DNA from: Squalus acanthias
Taxonomy: Eukaryota
Reading direction: 5' to 3'
Assembly: GCA_030390025.1 (NCBI GenBank)
Contig: CM059448.1
Location: 12,586,001 to 12,650,000 of the forward strand
DNA: 64,000 bases
Shown: positions 36,794-49,980 of the stretch, piece by piece
Numbering within the stretch: position 1 is the stretch's first letter
Layout of the letters: the number at the start of each line of letters is the position of its first letter
Translations under genes and position numbers: made by a program
The notes under the pieces: generated by a model
What the model saw: only the letters and a program-made list of their open reading frames with translations
Database searches by the model: none
Told to the model about the DNA's origin: nothing

Positions 36794-38811
36794 CTTCCCT
36801 CCTCCTACCTTCTCCCTCTCAGCCCCCTCCCTCTTCCAATCTCTCTCCTCCATCTCCTTACCCGCTTGGGGACCATCGGCCAGGGTTCCCCACTCCTGAT
36901 TGCTAGCCGGCGATCCCTTTTTGGAAGTGTGCGTGAGAGAAATCTGGATGAGGACAAGATTGGGGCTTGGCTGCCGCCCGAACTTGAATTGTCTGCCAAC
37001 AGTCGCACGGGTGTGGAGTGGGTCTCTGAAAGTGAGCAGTGGTAACGGATAACAACTGTGAAATGTTAGCAGTGATGCCAACCTCTCCTAGTAAGTACAG
37101 AGAAACATTACCAGCTGCTGTAGTCGTCCTTTCCCCCCAATGCAAATATTCAAAGAAGCACTCTGTTCTCATGCACTTTGGAATTCACACAAAAATCTAA
37201 TAAGCTGTACTTGAAATTATAAAAGAATTCTGATTTATTATCGTCTGGCCAATGAAACTAAATTGTGTACCCCTACATGGGGTCTTAAATGTGTTTGGAA
37301 TAAAATTCATGCACAATAAGTCTTTTAAGGGATAGTCTTGCCTTTTAGCAAGTTACTTTATAGTTTCTCCTCCCTCCCCCCCCTTATTCTTGGATTAAGT
37401 TGCGAGGTGCATCCCATCTGCAGAGAGCTGATGTCATGCTCCAGGCCGTTGCTTTTTAAAAAAAAATCTCTTTCACATTTAATTCGGTTTCCTCCCCCCT
37501 TGCCCCATCCCATACTGGGATAGGATTCCATGGTGCATCAGCTCCTCTCGATTCTCTACTGACCACGCATTCTTCGCATGTAAACCTAGACTTCGATATT
37601 TAAGCAGGCTATTCGACTACAGGGGCGACACAACCACACCAAAATCTCTTTGCTTGCGATTCACACACTTGCATTTTCCGTACACTTGCTCTGCCCCGGT
37701 AAGAATCAGAGCAATAGGAACCCTGGTAGGAGTTCCCCTCCCGTCTCTCACTGATCTCCCAATTGTACCCAATTGTTCAGATTTCCAGCATCCGCAGTAT
37801 TTTGCTATCGTCCCAATTGTACCTGACTGATTCCAGGCCAAGATTGGCAAACTCAGCACAGATTGAACCTGGGATCTCTAAGTTACCACCTTCAGGGGCG
37901 ATTATCTTGGTGGTGGTGGTGGTGGTGGTGGGCGGGGTTGTGGAGGGAAAAGAGATATTTCTTCCACCTTTTATTTCTCCAGGATGTATGTTTGTGGCAC
38001 AGTTTACAAAGAAGGTTTTTGAAGTTGTTAGTGCATTGAGCTGCACGAGAGATTTACTGCTTCTCATTAACCCAGTCGCACAGAACTGCTGCTTTGGAAC
38101 GGTTAAAAAGATCTCGCCGTAAATATGAAATAAATTGCTGATCAGTCTGAAGATAGCGAGGGCATAAAAATTAATGATTCTCTTAATCCTTATTTACTGA
38201 AATGGAACAAACAAAACTTGAATTTGAATGAAAATGCACTTCAGTCCGTGCCAGTGCTGCTGACATCTCTGGAGTCTGCGCGGATAAGTAATGACTGCAG
38301 TTGGAGACCGGACAATGAGCTGCCATCCTCATCTGTAAAACGCTGTCAATTGGAAAATTTAAAATATTTTCTTCCCTAAATTTTAATGGTCGATTTAAAA
38401 ATTGTAACTCATTTACCACAAGTATTTCAGCAAAAATGTTACTTTTTTTGCCGGCAAGCGCTGGCAGCCTTGGGTTGTGTGAAAATGTCCTTTGCCCACT
38501 TGCAGCTTTGTCCAACGTTGCCCACTTTTTACAGGTTGGCAGCTTGAAAAAGATTCAGGCCCGCTCATATCCATAATCTCCTCACGGGTCGAATCGGGAT
38601 GTGTGGACAGTGTGTCCTTGCGCATTCTGAGCCCTGCGATCGCGCTGTGTTTACACGCTAATGATATCATGTGACCGAACTGGTTTCCAAGGTGGTGGCT
38701 GACAGTACGAGGAGCTAATTTTACTTTTGAATCCTTGACCACCGCGCTTAGTAGGGCCTCCGACGAGCCATCGGGCCTTAAAAATGGCAGGACCAGTATC
38801 TGTGTGGAAAA

Positions 38812-39117
38812 CAGGGTTACCAACTCTGGTTCAACGTATCCCTGGAGGTTTCATCACATGACCTCGTCACCAACCGCCCCGCCCAATCAAACATCCTATT
38901 TTCTCCATCTCTTAACATTTATATAACTAGTAAATAAACATTTATATAACTAATAAATAAAAGTGTTCAAAGAAAATTGGGAGGGTGGGGGGCGCGGAGG
39001 GATCCTCTCCATTTATTTTTTTATTGCCCTTATGATTTTTCTCCCTGCGTTGCTCGCAGCAGTGACCCTGGAGATTAATCTTTGCAATCCCTGGAGACTC
39101 CAGGGCAATCCCTGGTG
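38812..39117 (-). mobile_element. hAT-type MITE, partial second copy of the 50489-51054 family
   Basis: Starts cagggttaccaactctgg. The internal sequence is the reverse complement of the 50489-51054 element but lacks its L2 insertion. Confidence 0.7.
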
Positions 39118-39594
39118 GAAAATCTCCGATTGTATTTCTTTGAGTATCGAATGCACGCACTGCAGCTTTGTCCAACTATATTGTCTACCAGTTTTCTGTA
39201 CGTATCTAATAACGTGAACGTAAAATAGAATTTGATTTTTGGTTTGAAATGGTATACTTTCCAGACAATTGAAAAGCAAACATTTTGCCCCCCCCCATGG
39301 TGGTGGTCTGGATTTTGACTTTAGCCGTTTGCCTGCCCAGCTACACTTCAAAAAAAAAAACCAGTGTAATTCATTGTGTAAAGCACATGAAGACGTGTAT
39401 AAATGCTGCGTTATATTAATACTGAGAGAGAGAGACTCTACCTCTAATGTGTCTCATTAGTGCTGTTGGTAAAATTGCCAAGGAAATGTGCGGAGGGACC
39501 ACAGATCTGCCCCTATTAGCTACATATTAAATAATTAGTGTTGTACACAGCCTGTGCATTTACCAGTTCTTCTTCTTCTTCTTCTTTGTTTCAG

Positions 39595-39646
39595 TGAGGG
39601 CGTGTTTAAATGTCCCGAGGACCAGCTTCCACTTGACTACGCAAAG
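39595..39646 (+). CDS. TRAF4: TRAF4 exon 2 (end of RING region), (S)EGVFKCPEDQLPLDYAK
   Basis: Preceded by a (TTC)n polypyrimidine tract and TTTCAG acceptor, followed by GTAAAT donor. The 52-nt exon translates to EGVFKCPEDQLPLDYAK, identical to the recalled human TRAF4 segment. Confidence 0.96.
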
Positions 39647-41873
39647 GTAAATGACCGTCGCGCGTGCAAATTGCCCTTTCCTCACAGCAACTTTTACTTT
39701 TCTTGCACTAATTAGGTAGTCTGAGTTACCAAAATGTAATTTGCTGCAATTCATCTGCCTGTTCAGCACAGCACCATAGTGCGTGAGGAGGCCCCCCCCC
39801 CCCCCCACCGTATCGGGAGATACCTTAGGGGTCCTGCTGCTGCCTTTGTCATCTTATTCGCTACAGCACTCAACCACAGCTCTGGTAATTGTTGTAATGA
39901 GCATGCCTTCAGGCTCACCACCATCTTTACCCTTTTATTGTGCAGCTTACAAAGGCCTTTTTTTATGGTTGTCTTCCTCTCTTTTGGGGGGGGGGGGCCC
40001 CCGCCACCCAATTTTCTCCGGTATTTTGCCCCAAGTGTCTGTTCTTTGTGTGCGCTCCTAGATCGCGAGTTAGGCTATTCGGCATCGCTAGCTAAGGCCA
40101 AAATTCCTGCCCTCGCCGCCCATACACATTTCCGGCAAGGAATGGTCACTGGATAGCTATTGGAGCCAGGCTATTTTTTTTTTTGTTGCTTCTTTCCCTT
40201 CCCACTACTCCCATGGCCCAGGGATGTTGCGGGAATTTTGTGAGACCCCCCAACTCTGCACAGACCATGGATTGAACCTGGGACCCTCTGGTCTGTATAA
40301 CCTGTAGCACAATTATCCATTAAACCACTCGCAGAAAGCTCACTATTACATTTCTAGAAGCGAGAGGTTTTCATTGCTATTATTGGGCGCACACTCATTC
40401 CAGTTTCTTAAATTTTTGTTTTTTATCCTCTCTCCTGGCCGCTAGTGTTTGCCTTCATTTTATTGCAAGTGGGGTGGGGAGGAGTGTGACAAGAAGAGTT
40501 TGAAATAGTGAGTGTAAGGCAGGACTGCTCTCAAACTATTGCCACTCTGCAAGCTCCTCAGTCCCTCAAGAAAACCGTCCAAAATGTGACCAAGAGCAGG
40601 CACTCCACCGTAAGTGCTCAGTCCGTTTGTTAAAATGTGACAATCAGCATTTTTAAGAATTTTTTATGACTGCAAAATAAAAGAATACTGAGGCATTTGA
40701 CCAGAAATTGTGAGGAGCTAAAGAACAAGTTATTAAAAAATATATAGTTTTTCCATAATGTAATGTGACATTTCTTGTAGTTCAAAGTTGCCCTGTCACA
40801 TTCTATTAACTAACATGCAGCAGCAACATTTCTTCAAGATTTTATGTGTTGCCCTGTAAATCCAATTTGCTCAAGAAATTTATACGGTATATCTTGGGAG
40901 TTGTGAACGAGGTTTCCAACAATGATGCTCTTGACAATGGCCCACTGTTTGTTTTGTTTTTTTTATTTAATCTCTTGAGTGCGCTAAATTGCATCTGACT
41001 TCCAGCTCGAGAGCCAGGCTCAGCTTCTCTCCCCTCTTTCGGCTGGAGAAATGGGCATTTGTCCGCGGGTTTGCAAGGATTGAAGACTGTGTGTTTATTC
41101 TAAACTCGCTGCTTCCCTGCTTTCACCCAGTGTTACCGTGCCAAAAGGAACTGCGATTGAAATCGCTTTTCATTCACTCAGTTGGTAGATTGAGAAATTA
41201 GCACAGTGAATGTGACTATTTGTCAATGGGCGCTTGAATGCACTTTGTGATATTGCTTCCCCTCTCCCGTCTGAGCTGGCAGTGAAATCCCAGTGCATGG
41301 AGAGACGGTGGGAAATGCATTTTTATTTTAGTACTGCTTCTATTGCAGATGTTCCTTTTTTTCTTTTTGTTCTCCTGTACCTCATCAATCTCTTGACGTT
41401 TAGAAGTAGTTTCATTTCCTCAAGCGTTTGTTCTAGGGAGCATTCTTTGAAGTTATTTTTAGATTGTAATCCTCTCATGTCGTTGTTCAATTTTTAAAAT
41501 TCCCCCCCCCCCCCCCCCCCACTGTCCAAACTGTAAATCTTTCTGTTCTCTCTAGCCTCTTTTTTATTAGCCTTGAAGTAAGTGAGGAGATGGACTTTTA
41601 TATTTCCTCCCTCTCTCCTTCCGTTCTCCTCTCCACGGGCTGCAGGCAACTGTATCTCTGGCCCTGAAGGGAGGAGCCTCTGGACCGTGGACTATCTGCT
41701 GGCACTCGCAGCTCTGATGTTTTCACCGGGTGTGCTGCTTACTGGATTGTGTCCATAGATTGCGCATCTGCTACAGATAATACATTTAGCTTCCATATGG
41801 AGCTTCAACTAAAGACCCAACTAAGAACTGTTGAAACTCTAAACTGAGGCAAACTTGCTTGACTATAGACACC

Positions 41874-41986
41874 AAAACAAAAGCAAAATGCTGGAGATCT
41901 GTAATTAAAACCAGAAAATGCTGGAGACGCTCGACGTCAGTGAAGAGAAACAAGAGTCACCGTTTCAGGACGATGACCTTGCATCA
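41874..41986 (-). mobile_element. Diverged Penelope family B 3' end
   Basis: aaatgctggagatctgtaattaaaaccagaaaatgctgg...cgtttcaggacgatgaccttgcatca. Confidence 0.6.
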
Positions 41987-43792
41987 TAATCATTGACCGT
42001 CGACATCCTCGGGATTCATTAAACCCGTGGTTTGATGGTCAGTCTTCAGCTGCCTGGGTGCTTTTTGAAGTTGTTGCGTCAAGAAGGGCAAATGAGCTCT
42101 TCCCCGCAGCTCGGGGCGGCAAAGGACGCAGAAAGCTGACCAATACACACCAGAAGTTTCCAGCTTTGATCCCCGGTCTATACTGAGAGAGCTGATATCA
42201 GTCAGTGGCAGTGGGGGGCATTACAAAGTTTCCTGGTCCTGATTGTGGGCCCTCCTAGAGTGTGGGGAATATCTGGTGAGGACAGGGTTGTATCCAGCTG
42301 TGCTGCCCCTGATAATTGAAAAATTCTGCTGAGAATTAATGTCCAGGCTGGTAAAAATGAAGTGACTATTGGGCACGGTTCCTGAAGGTGGTGGTTGTTC
42401 ATGGAACAGACCACCGCATGAGTTGTTGCCTTCAGAAGAAGTGGGGGTGGGAGGGGAAAGAAAAATAATCAGTAATTACATTTGCGAGCTTACCTCTCTG
42501 AGCTATTCGGTACGCACAGTTACCTTTGAAGGCCACCAGTGTCACTTTTCTCCTCTTGCCTGTGTGTGTGCTCTGTAATAATGCCGGATGAATAAGATGG
42601 TTTTGCTTTGTGTTTTTTTTTCCACATCAAACGCAACCTTTCCCCACACTTCCCTTTGCTGGCCCTGAATGGATTTGTTGTTCCTCAGTCACTGGGGACA
42701 ATGACGTTTCTGTTGGGTTCCAATGTATTTCAACAGGGAAAAACCACAGTCTGTTTCAGTAAATGCTCTCGGGTTGCTTGGTTAAAGAAAACTGCAGCAG
42801 CAGCAAATCGCTACCCAGCCACAAATTGCAAGGAAATGAGGTAAAGGCGAAGAATCTCTGAGCATGAATGATGGGACTGACCTTCCACGTCAGATCTCTT
42901 GTGAAAATGCCGGTTTCAGTCCTTGGTTTCCATCATCTTTTGGCACAAAGTCTGATTTGTGCAAAAAAAGGAAATCTGTGTCTGCTTGTTCCCCCGATGG
43001 GTATGGTTATAGATGAGAGAAAAACACTTGAATTTTTCTCTCGCTCTTGCAGGGGTGAGTGGCTCTATAATGTTCGTCGACAAATGAATCCGTGACCGTG
43101 TTGGGTCAAAATAATTGTCATGTAAGGCTTTAGATATTAAAAATCATTTCTATCCACTTCTTAGCCAGTCCTTTCCAAGCGTGCCTCCTAGTCAGCTGGG
43201 CATGGGGTGTCATTGATTGACAGCTGTCCACAGCTAAGGCTGCCTCGTGCTCTTTAATCTTTCCCAGTCGTCCCCCCGCCCTCCCCCAATTCTATCTGAA
43301 AGAAAGTGCCTTTCATAACCTCCCAAAGATTGTCGCAGCCAATGAAATATTTTCTGTGGTGTAGTCACATGTTACATAGGGAAACGGGCCCAGCAGTGAC
43401 CCGCAAACAGCAATGGGATAAATGAGCAGATAATCTCTCTTTTTTGTGATGTTGGTTGAGGGATAAATGAGAACTCCTCTTCGAATAGCACCATGGGATC
43501 TTTTCCGTCCACTTGGGAGGGCGGATGGGCCCTCCGTTTAAAGCCTCGTCTGAAAGACGGCGCCTCCAATCACGCAGTGCCCACTCAGTACGTCACTGAA
43601 GTGCCCAGGTTCTGTGGTCAATTTGACCTATCTTTTCATGCTGCTCCTCGGTCAAGTGGGTAAACCTAAGCCGAGGTATTGTTGCAGCCTGTGGTACAAG
43701 AAAGAAAAGAAAATGTTTGCATTTGTATAGTGCCTTTCATCTTCTGGGCCTGTGTCCCAAAGTGCTTCATAGTTAATGAATTACCTTTGAAA

Positions 43793-43897
43793 CAAAAGCC
43801 AGATGCTGGAAATCTGAAATAAAAACCGAAAATGCTGGAAATACTCAGCAGATCAGGCCAGCATCTGTGGAGAGAGAAACCAAGTTAACGTTAGCAT
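43793..43897 (-). mobile_element. Penelope family B 3' end inserted in a DeuSINE, 14-bp TSD
   Basis: gatgctggaaatctgaaataaaaaccgaaaatgctgg...gttaacgtt flanked by AATTACCTTTGAAA (43779-43792) / AATTACTTTTGAAA (43898-43911). Confidence 0.75.
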
Positions 43898-44627
43898 AAT
43901 TACTTTTGAAATGTTGTCAGTGTTATTTGACACACACAGCAGACAATTTGTGCACAGCACAAGATTAACGACCGTTTAATCTGGTTTTGATTGTGTTGAT
44001 TTGAGGGATGGGGAGAGCCCAACAAATGGCCACGGAATCTATTACCACCCACCTAGCCCGGCAGATGGGTCTAAAAGTTCATCCAAAAGACAGCACCTTC
44101 AACAATGCAGCACTCCTTCAGTACGCCACTCAAGTGTCGACCTAGATTTAAATGCTGAAAACCTGTAATGGGCCTTAAACCCTTCTGACTCGAGAGCAAG
44201 TGTGCGGAGCCAAAATGACAATTCAGGAGCCAAGGTGACTGAAGGGAAGAACGATGCAGGATGCCTCCTTCCTGAGACAACCTGAGCAAAACCAGGAACT
44301 CCTCTCCTAGAGAACATAGGAACAGGAGTAGGCCTTTGAGCCTGTTCTGCCATTCAATTAGATCATGGCTGATCTGTATCTTGGCTCCATTTGATCCAGC
44401 GAGGGTGCAGAGAAGATTTACGAGGATGATACCAGAAATGCCAGGGTATACATATGAACAACAGGCTGGGTCTCTCTTCTCTTGAAAAAAGAAAGCAATA
44501 GAGATCTTTAAAATTATGAAAGGTTTTGATAAAGTAGAGACAGAGAGTGCTTCCACTTGTGGGGAAGAGCCTAACTAGAGGCCATCAATATAAGATAGTC
44601 ACCAAGAAATCCAATAGGGAATTCAGA

Positions 44628-45054
44628 AGTGGTTAGCACTGGTGCCTCACAGCGCCAGAGACCCGGGTTCGAATCTGACCTCGGGTGACTGTCTGTGTGG
44701 AGTTGCACATTCTCCCCGTGTCTGCGTGGGTTTCCTCCGGGTGCTCCGGTTTCCTCCCACAGTCCAAAAATATGTGGGTTAGGTTGATTTGGCTATGATA
44801 AATTGACCCTTAGTGTTAGGGGGGATTAAATATGTGGGGTTATGGGGATAGGATGGGATATGTTAGGGGGAATTAAATACGTGGGGTTACGGGGGTAGGG
44901 TGGGATATGTGTACTGTGGGGATTAAAGCAGGGACAGGGTACTGGATTTGGATGATCAGCCATGATCGTATTGAATGGCGGAGCAGGCTCGACGGGCCGA
45001 ATGGCCTACTCCTGCTCCTAGATTCTATGTTTCTATGTTTCTATGTTTCTATGT
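44628..45054 (+). mobile_element. HE1 / V-SINE with a ~46-bp internal tandem duplication, joined to a CR1 3' tail
   Basis: gtggttagcactggtgcctcacagcgccagagacccgggttcgaatc head and V-domain ctgtgtggagttgcacattctccccgtgtctgcgtgggtttcctccgggtgctccggtttcctccc. Ends (TTTCTATG)n. Confidence 0.9.
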
Positions 45055-45098
45055 TTTTTCTTTACCCAGAGAGTGGTGAGAATGTGGAACTCACTACC

Positions 45099-45468
45099 CT
45101 GACACTCCTATGCAGTACTGAGGGAATGCTGCACTGTCGGAGGTGCCGTCTTTCGGATGAGATGTTAAACCGAGGCCCTGTCTGCGCTCTCGGGTGGATG
45201 TAAAAGATCCCAAGGCGCTGTTTTGAAGAAGAGCAGGGGAGTTATCCCCGGTGTCCTGGCCAATATTTATCCCTCAATCAACATAACAAAAACAGATTAT
45301 CTGGTCATTGTCACATTGCAGTTTGTGGGAGCTTGCTGTGTGCAAATTGGCTGCCGCGTTTCCTACATTACAACAGTGACTACACTTCAAAAGTACTTCA
45401 TTGGCTGCAAAGCACTTTGAGACGTCCGGTGGTCGCGAAAGGCGCTATATAAATGCAAGTCTTTCTTT
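45099..45468 (+). mobile_element. 5'-truncated DeuSINE inserted in CR1
   Basis: ctgacactcc...ggcgctatataaatgcaagtctttcttt. The CR1 sequence aactcactacc|..ggagtggttgaagcg resumes across it. Confidence 0.88.
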
Positions 45469-47940
45469 CACGGAGTGGTTGAAGCGAATAGTATAGATGC
45501 ATTTAAGGGGATGCTAGATGAGTATATGAGGGAGGAGGCTCGATAGTTTTAGATGAGGAAAGACGGGAGGAGGCTCGAGTGTAGCATAAATGCCGGCATG
45601 GACTGGTTGGACAGAATGGCCTGTTTCTGTGCTGTATATTCTATGTAATATCCCTTGATACCCCTACCTAATAAAAACCTGTCAACCTCTCTTTCCACGG
45701 CCTTTTGGGGGTAAGAATTCCGGATTTCCACTCCCTTTTGCTTGAAAAACCAGCGGAACCCACTGTTTCTCAGATTGGGATCTGTGCTTGTCACTCCTAG
45801 GTGAGACTCCAGCACTTTGGTGGTGTTGCTGATTCTTTCCTTGCCCACCCAGCCCCCAAACGCCCTTCTGGCTTCTCTCGCTAATTGTCCATTGTACAGT
45901 CTTGCATTCTGCCAGCGCAAATGTTGATCAGACCCACATCCTTTCAAATCATCTGAACATATCAAAAGGTGCATTGTGAACAGTTGATCTTTGGGCAACA
46001 AAATAGTCTTCCATCAGTGACCAAGTTAGGAAACACACCACCACATCGGGATCCTACCACAAACAGTATAAATAAAGCCATCACAAAACTCTTTAGAATT
46101 GAGCACAAATAACCTCACTAAACACTTTCCCACTGCCAGCAGCCCCTTTCAATTTTCTAATTTCATTCTGACGGAACTCCTCAGTGAGTGAGTGCAATCC
46201 TCTGCTTGACTCTAAATAACTGGCAGCTTTATTTAAATAAGCATCTCCAGGTTCTGAATCTATTTTGTTTTCCCAGCTTTTGCCTTTTGAGTGAGTGACA
46301 TGGTTTTTTTTTGATGCCGCTGTGAGGAGGTACTTTCACGCTGAAAGTGAATTGTACAATCGAGGGAGCAGCGGATCGGTTTCCCTCCCTTTTTCCACAT
46401 CAAGCAGATTAGTACAATTCCGTGTCTGTTCCGTGGTAGCTGCCTGGAGAGTAGGGTTCTGTAACTCTTTGTGGGGAGGACCTCCTGAGGTTGAACTGAT
46501 GCCAGTGATGGGGAGGGAGCCGAGGCATAAGAAAGCTTTTTTTATTCTCAAATGTGGGCTTAATGGCATTTTTCCATCTAAATTAAAGGCCGTACTCCTT
46601 TCACTTTTTTTCCCTTCCCTTCCCCCTCGTCTCTGTGATTGTTGATTCAAAGTTAGAAAGAGTCACATTGTATTACTTGAAGGAGTGTAGTAAATATTAT
46701 TTAAAAATGTTTTTTTTTTTAAAAAAACAGTACAGTTGTGAAGGGTGAGAGGTTGGGACAGTCATTCCATCCCCACAAAATGAGCAGCTCTTGCTCATTG
46801 GGGGGGCCCATCGTCCTATTGTCTGGGCTGGTATGACAGAATAGAGTGGATCAAATTCTTGCGCAGTATCACCCGAGCCTGCATAGGTTAATAAAGTTAA
46901 CCGTGTACCATGAGCTATTGAATATCGGGTAAGATGAAGTAGAGTGGGGGAGGAGGCTCCCGTGGAGCATAAAATCTGGCACAGACCTGTTGGGCCAAAT
47001 GGCCTATTTCTGTGCTGTCCATGACTTGATATTAAACACCTTTTTAAAGCTTTTGGGTTCGGGTGGGAGACGCAGCTGAGATAAAATGTTGGCGTTGCAA
47101 GTATTCTCCCCCTGGCCCCATCACTCGGTGTAAGATGTGCCCCCCCCCCCCCCCCCCCCCACACACACACATACCCAGATCGTCTGCGCCGTAATATATT
47201 CATTTTTTTCCTTTATTCTCTTGCCATCAGCAGAAAACTGTAGTCAAATGTATTCCACACTTTAATGAGACCCAGCAGGCGCCTTGTGGCTGCAGCCCAG
47301 AAACTGGATGAATGTAGCTCTTGGAGATGGCTCCCCCCTGACTTGTGAGCCGGTGAGGAGGTTGGCGCTTTTCGAGGTCGGGGAGCCAGAACCCACGTGA
47401 CCTGCGGCCAAACACTGAGCAGATTCATCAGCGTGAAGCTGCCAGTGATGCCTTTTTAACTGGTGCAGCTTTTAATTTCTGTTTGGCTGTTGTATTCGTT
47501 TTAATCTCCGGTTTGTTTATGCCAAATATATTTATAGTACAATTAATTATATGTCAAGAGTTCAAACTGTGTGATGAAGATGTCAGCCTTCATGCAGCGT
47601 GTACAGATTCAGAAAGGGAGCTCGGGGGGTCCCGCCAGCTTTGTGCTGTTAACAGATTCACTGTGTAGCCCTGTGGTATACAGTTGGCTTTACATATAAT
47701 GCTGGCAGAAAAACATCCCAAGTATCGTGCTGGGTAAAGCTCTCGGTGAGATGACACGGGTGTTTTATCTTGCCAGACTTTGAAGTTCTTGGAATCACTC
47801 ATCAATGATTCTGCGCACACACTTGGGCTGTGCTGCAAGGTGGTGGACTGGCTGTCCTGCAACTAGTGCTCGTAAAGTTGCCTCTGAAAAGTGAGGCATT
47901 GCTATGAGACGGAGTGCAAATGAAGTAAACTTGTATGCAG

Positions 47941-48332
47941 AGTTTAGAAGAATGAGAGGGGATCTCATTGAAACGTATAAAATTCTGACAGGGCTAGACA
48001 GGCTGGATGCAGGGAGGATGTTTCCCCTGGCTGGGGGGGTCTGGAATGAGGAGTCACAATCTCAGGATACGGGGTAGGACATTTAGGACTGAGATGAGGA
48101 GAAATCTCTTCATTCAGGGTGGTGAACCTGTGGAATTCTCGACCACAGAAGGCTGTGGAGGCCAAGTCACTGAATATATTTAAGGAGATGATATAGATTT
48201 CTAGACACAAAAGGCATCAAGGGGTATGAGGAGAGAGCGGGAATATGGTATTGAGATAGAGGATCAACCATGATCACATTGCATGGCGGAGCAGGCTCGA
48301 AGGGCTGAATCATCTCCTCCTATGTTTCTATG
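47941..48332 (+). mobile_element. CR1 (HER1-like) LINE 3' fragment
   Basis: agaagaatgagaggggatctcattgaaacgtataaaattctg (RRMRGDLIETYKIL) ... cctatgtttctatg. Confidence 0.9.
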
Positions 48333-49589
48333 CTGCACCAGGAGAACCTGGAGCTGGGTCTGTAGTGCAATTGGATTTCATTGCAGTCAGCATTCAATCG
48401 GGCTTGAACTTGTAATCTACCAACTGTTGAGGTAAAGACTGAATGATTATTTCATTCATAACCATGAGAATACACGGGACCGAAAAAAGAGCATTGCGTT
48501 CTATCTGGCCAGTCCCACTTTAAATTATCGAAGTAAATTGGGTAGCGGTTGCCCTTAGTGTTGACGTTGTACCGTTGACTAGCTAGGTGTACCTGAATGA
48601 GGTGAGAAGGCTCCTCCTTGGTGATTTTTCCATCCTTTGCAATGAACACCCAACCAAAATCAATGAAACCCTCGCTTGGCACAGGCCCCAATCCCTTGTG
48701 TCTATCAAGGCCTTGATTTGAATGCTTTATTCCCCTTCTATTTAAATCAGGCACAGAACTGGTAATTCAGACCAGCTTTGCTGGCCCTACTGCAGTAACT
48801 TTAGGGACCACGCACAGACATTACAAATTTACATTGTGCGCTAGAACAGTACAAAGCTTAATTTGCACCAGGCTCAAATCTAAACCCACTTCTGTACTGA
48901 TTCAGTTCTAGTCCTGGTTGCTACAAGGACCAAACCGCAGTGATTTAAGCAGCGGGGGCTGAGTTGCAATGATTCTGAAGTGTTTGTATTGCAAAAGTGC
49001 AGCACGGATTTGGTATTGGATTGAGAGTTCCAACAAGCACTCCCCATGGGTTTACTTGCTGAGCTTGCATCAACTGGGGAAGAAGAAAGCATCATTTACC
49101 AGGGTAGCATTTGTTCTTTGAATTATAACAGGACATTAAGACAGGTCATTTAGTCCTTTGAATTGCACCCTGTACTGCAGAATTGGATTGATTATAAAAA
49201 ATATATATATATCCAAGATATATGGTGTATTAAATAAATAAGGGCAAAGGTACATAATCCTGGGTCGGGTTGAAATATTACCTGATTTCTTGAATATAGC
49301 TGCAATCTGTGCTCTTCGTGATGCTCAAAAATGTATTTATGTATATTTTATGAAGAACAATAAATCTCTAGTCTTCGGGCTGGTCTATGCATTTTTATTG
49401 ACTGTTTAGTGGCTACCGATATACTGTAATGCCCAACAAATATCAATCATATTTCTGACATCTTTACCTACTTTTTAATTCTCTGCCTCTCTTCCTGTGT
49501 CACTGGAAGTGAGGGGACTTGTGCTGCAGTGCCATCTATCTGTGAACACAAAACTTGGTTGGCTCGCTCAAATTGAAGGCTTTATCTGG

Positions 49590-49980
49590 CTAGGCCGCGG
49601 GATGGTGGGTGAAAGCACTGCCTGGTGCAGTACTGCACCATTTAGACCAGAAGGCCCCAGGTCAGATTCTGGGCCTGTGCTGTGAGGTTAGGGTACCTCA
49701 CCCTGAACAGCAATTGAGAACACAACCAATAGCCTCGGCGCCCCTGGGTGAGGCTATGGTCCTGCCCGAGCTTTATTCGGTGACCCCTGCTTGAAACCGT
49801 GTGTGGTTGGCTATCCGGTGGGAACAGGATTAGGCTCATCAGTGATGCCCACTGTGGAGGAATAGTCTCCTCGCACTCACTGTCTCGGCTCGCGTATGAA
49901 GATTGATACTGAGGCATGCACGAATGGACTAGTACCCGAACCAAGACTCCGCACCTTCAGGAGGTTGGGGTGGGGGGGAG
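49590..49980 (+). mobile_element. Ancient, highly diverged SINE-like family (unclassified), one of >10 copies
   Basis: Shared blocks aggtccc(a)ggttc.atcc..ggtctgtgct, gtgacccctgct.gaaa, gacaggat.gggct..gtgatgccc, cactcactgtct.ggctc.c.catgaaga. These recur near 9150, 11250, 27830, 36850, 37560, 40070, 42160, 60480 and 63610. Confidence 0.6.

Larger units (their letters stand above)
44311..45750. mobile_element. Nested cluster: CR1(-) containing CR1(+), which contains an HE1 SINE/CR1-tail chimera and a DeuSINE
   Basis: Outer CR1(-) at about 44311-44395 and 45650-45750. Inner CR1(+) at about 44400-44627, 45058-45098 and 45469-45649. Inserts are listed separately. Confidence 0.75.
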
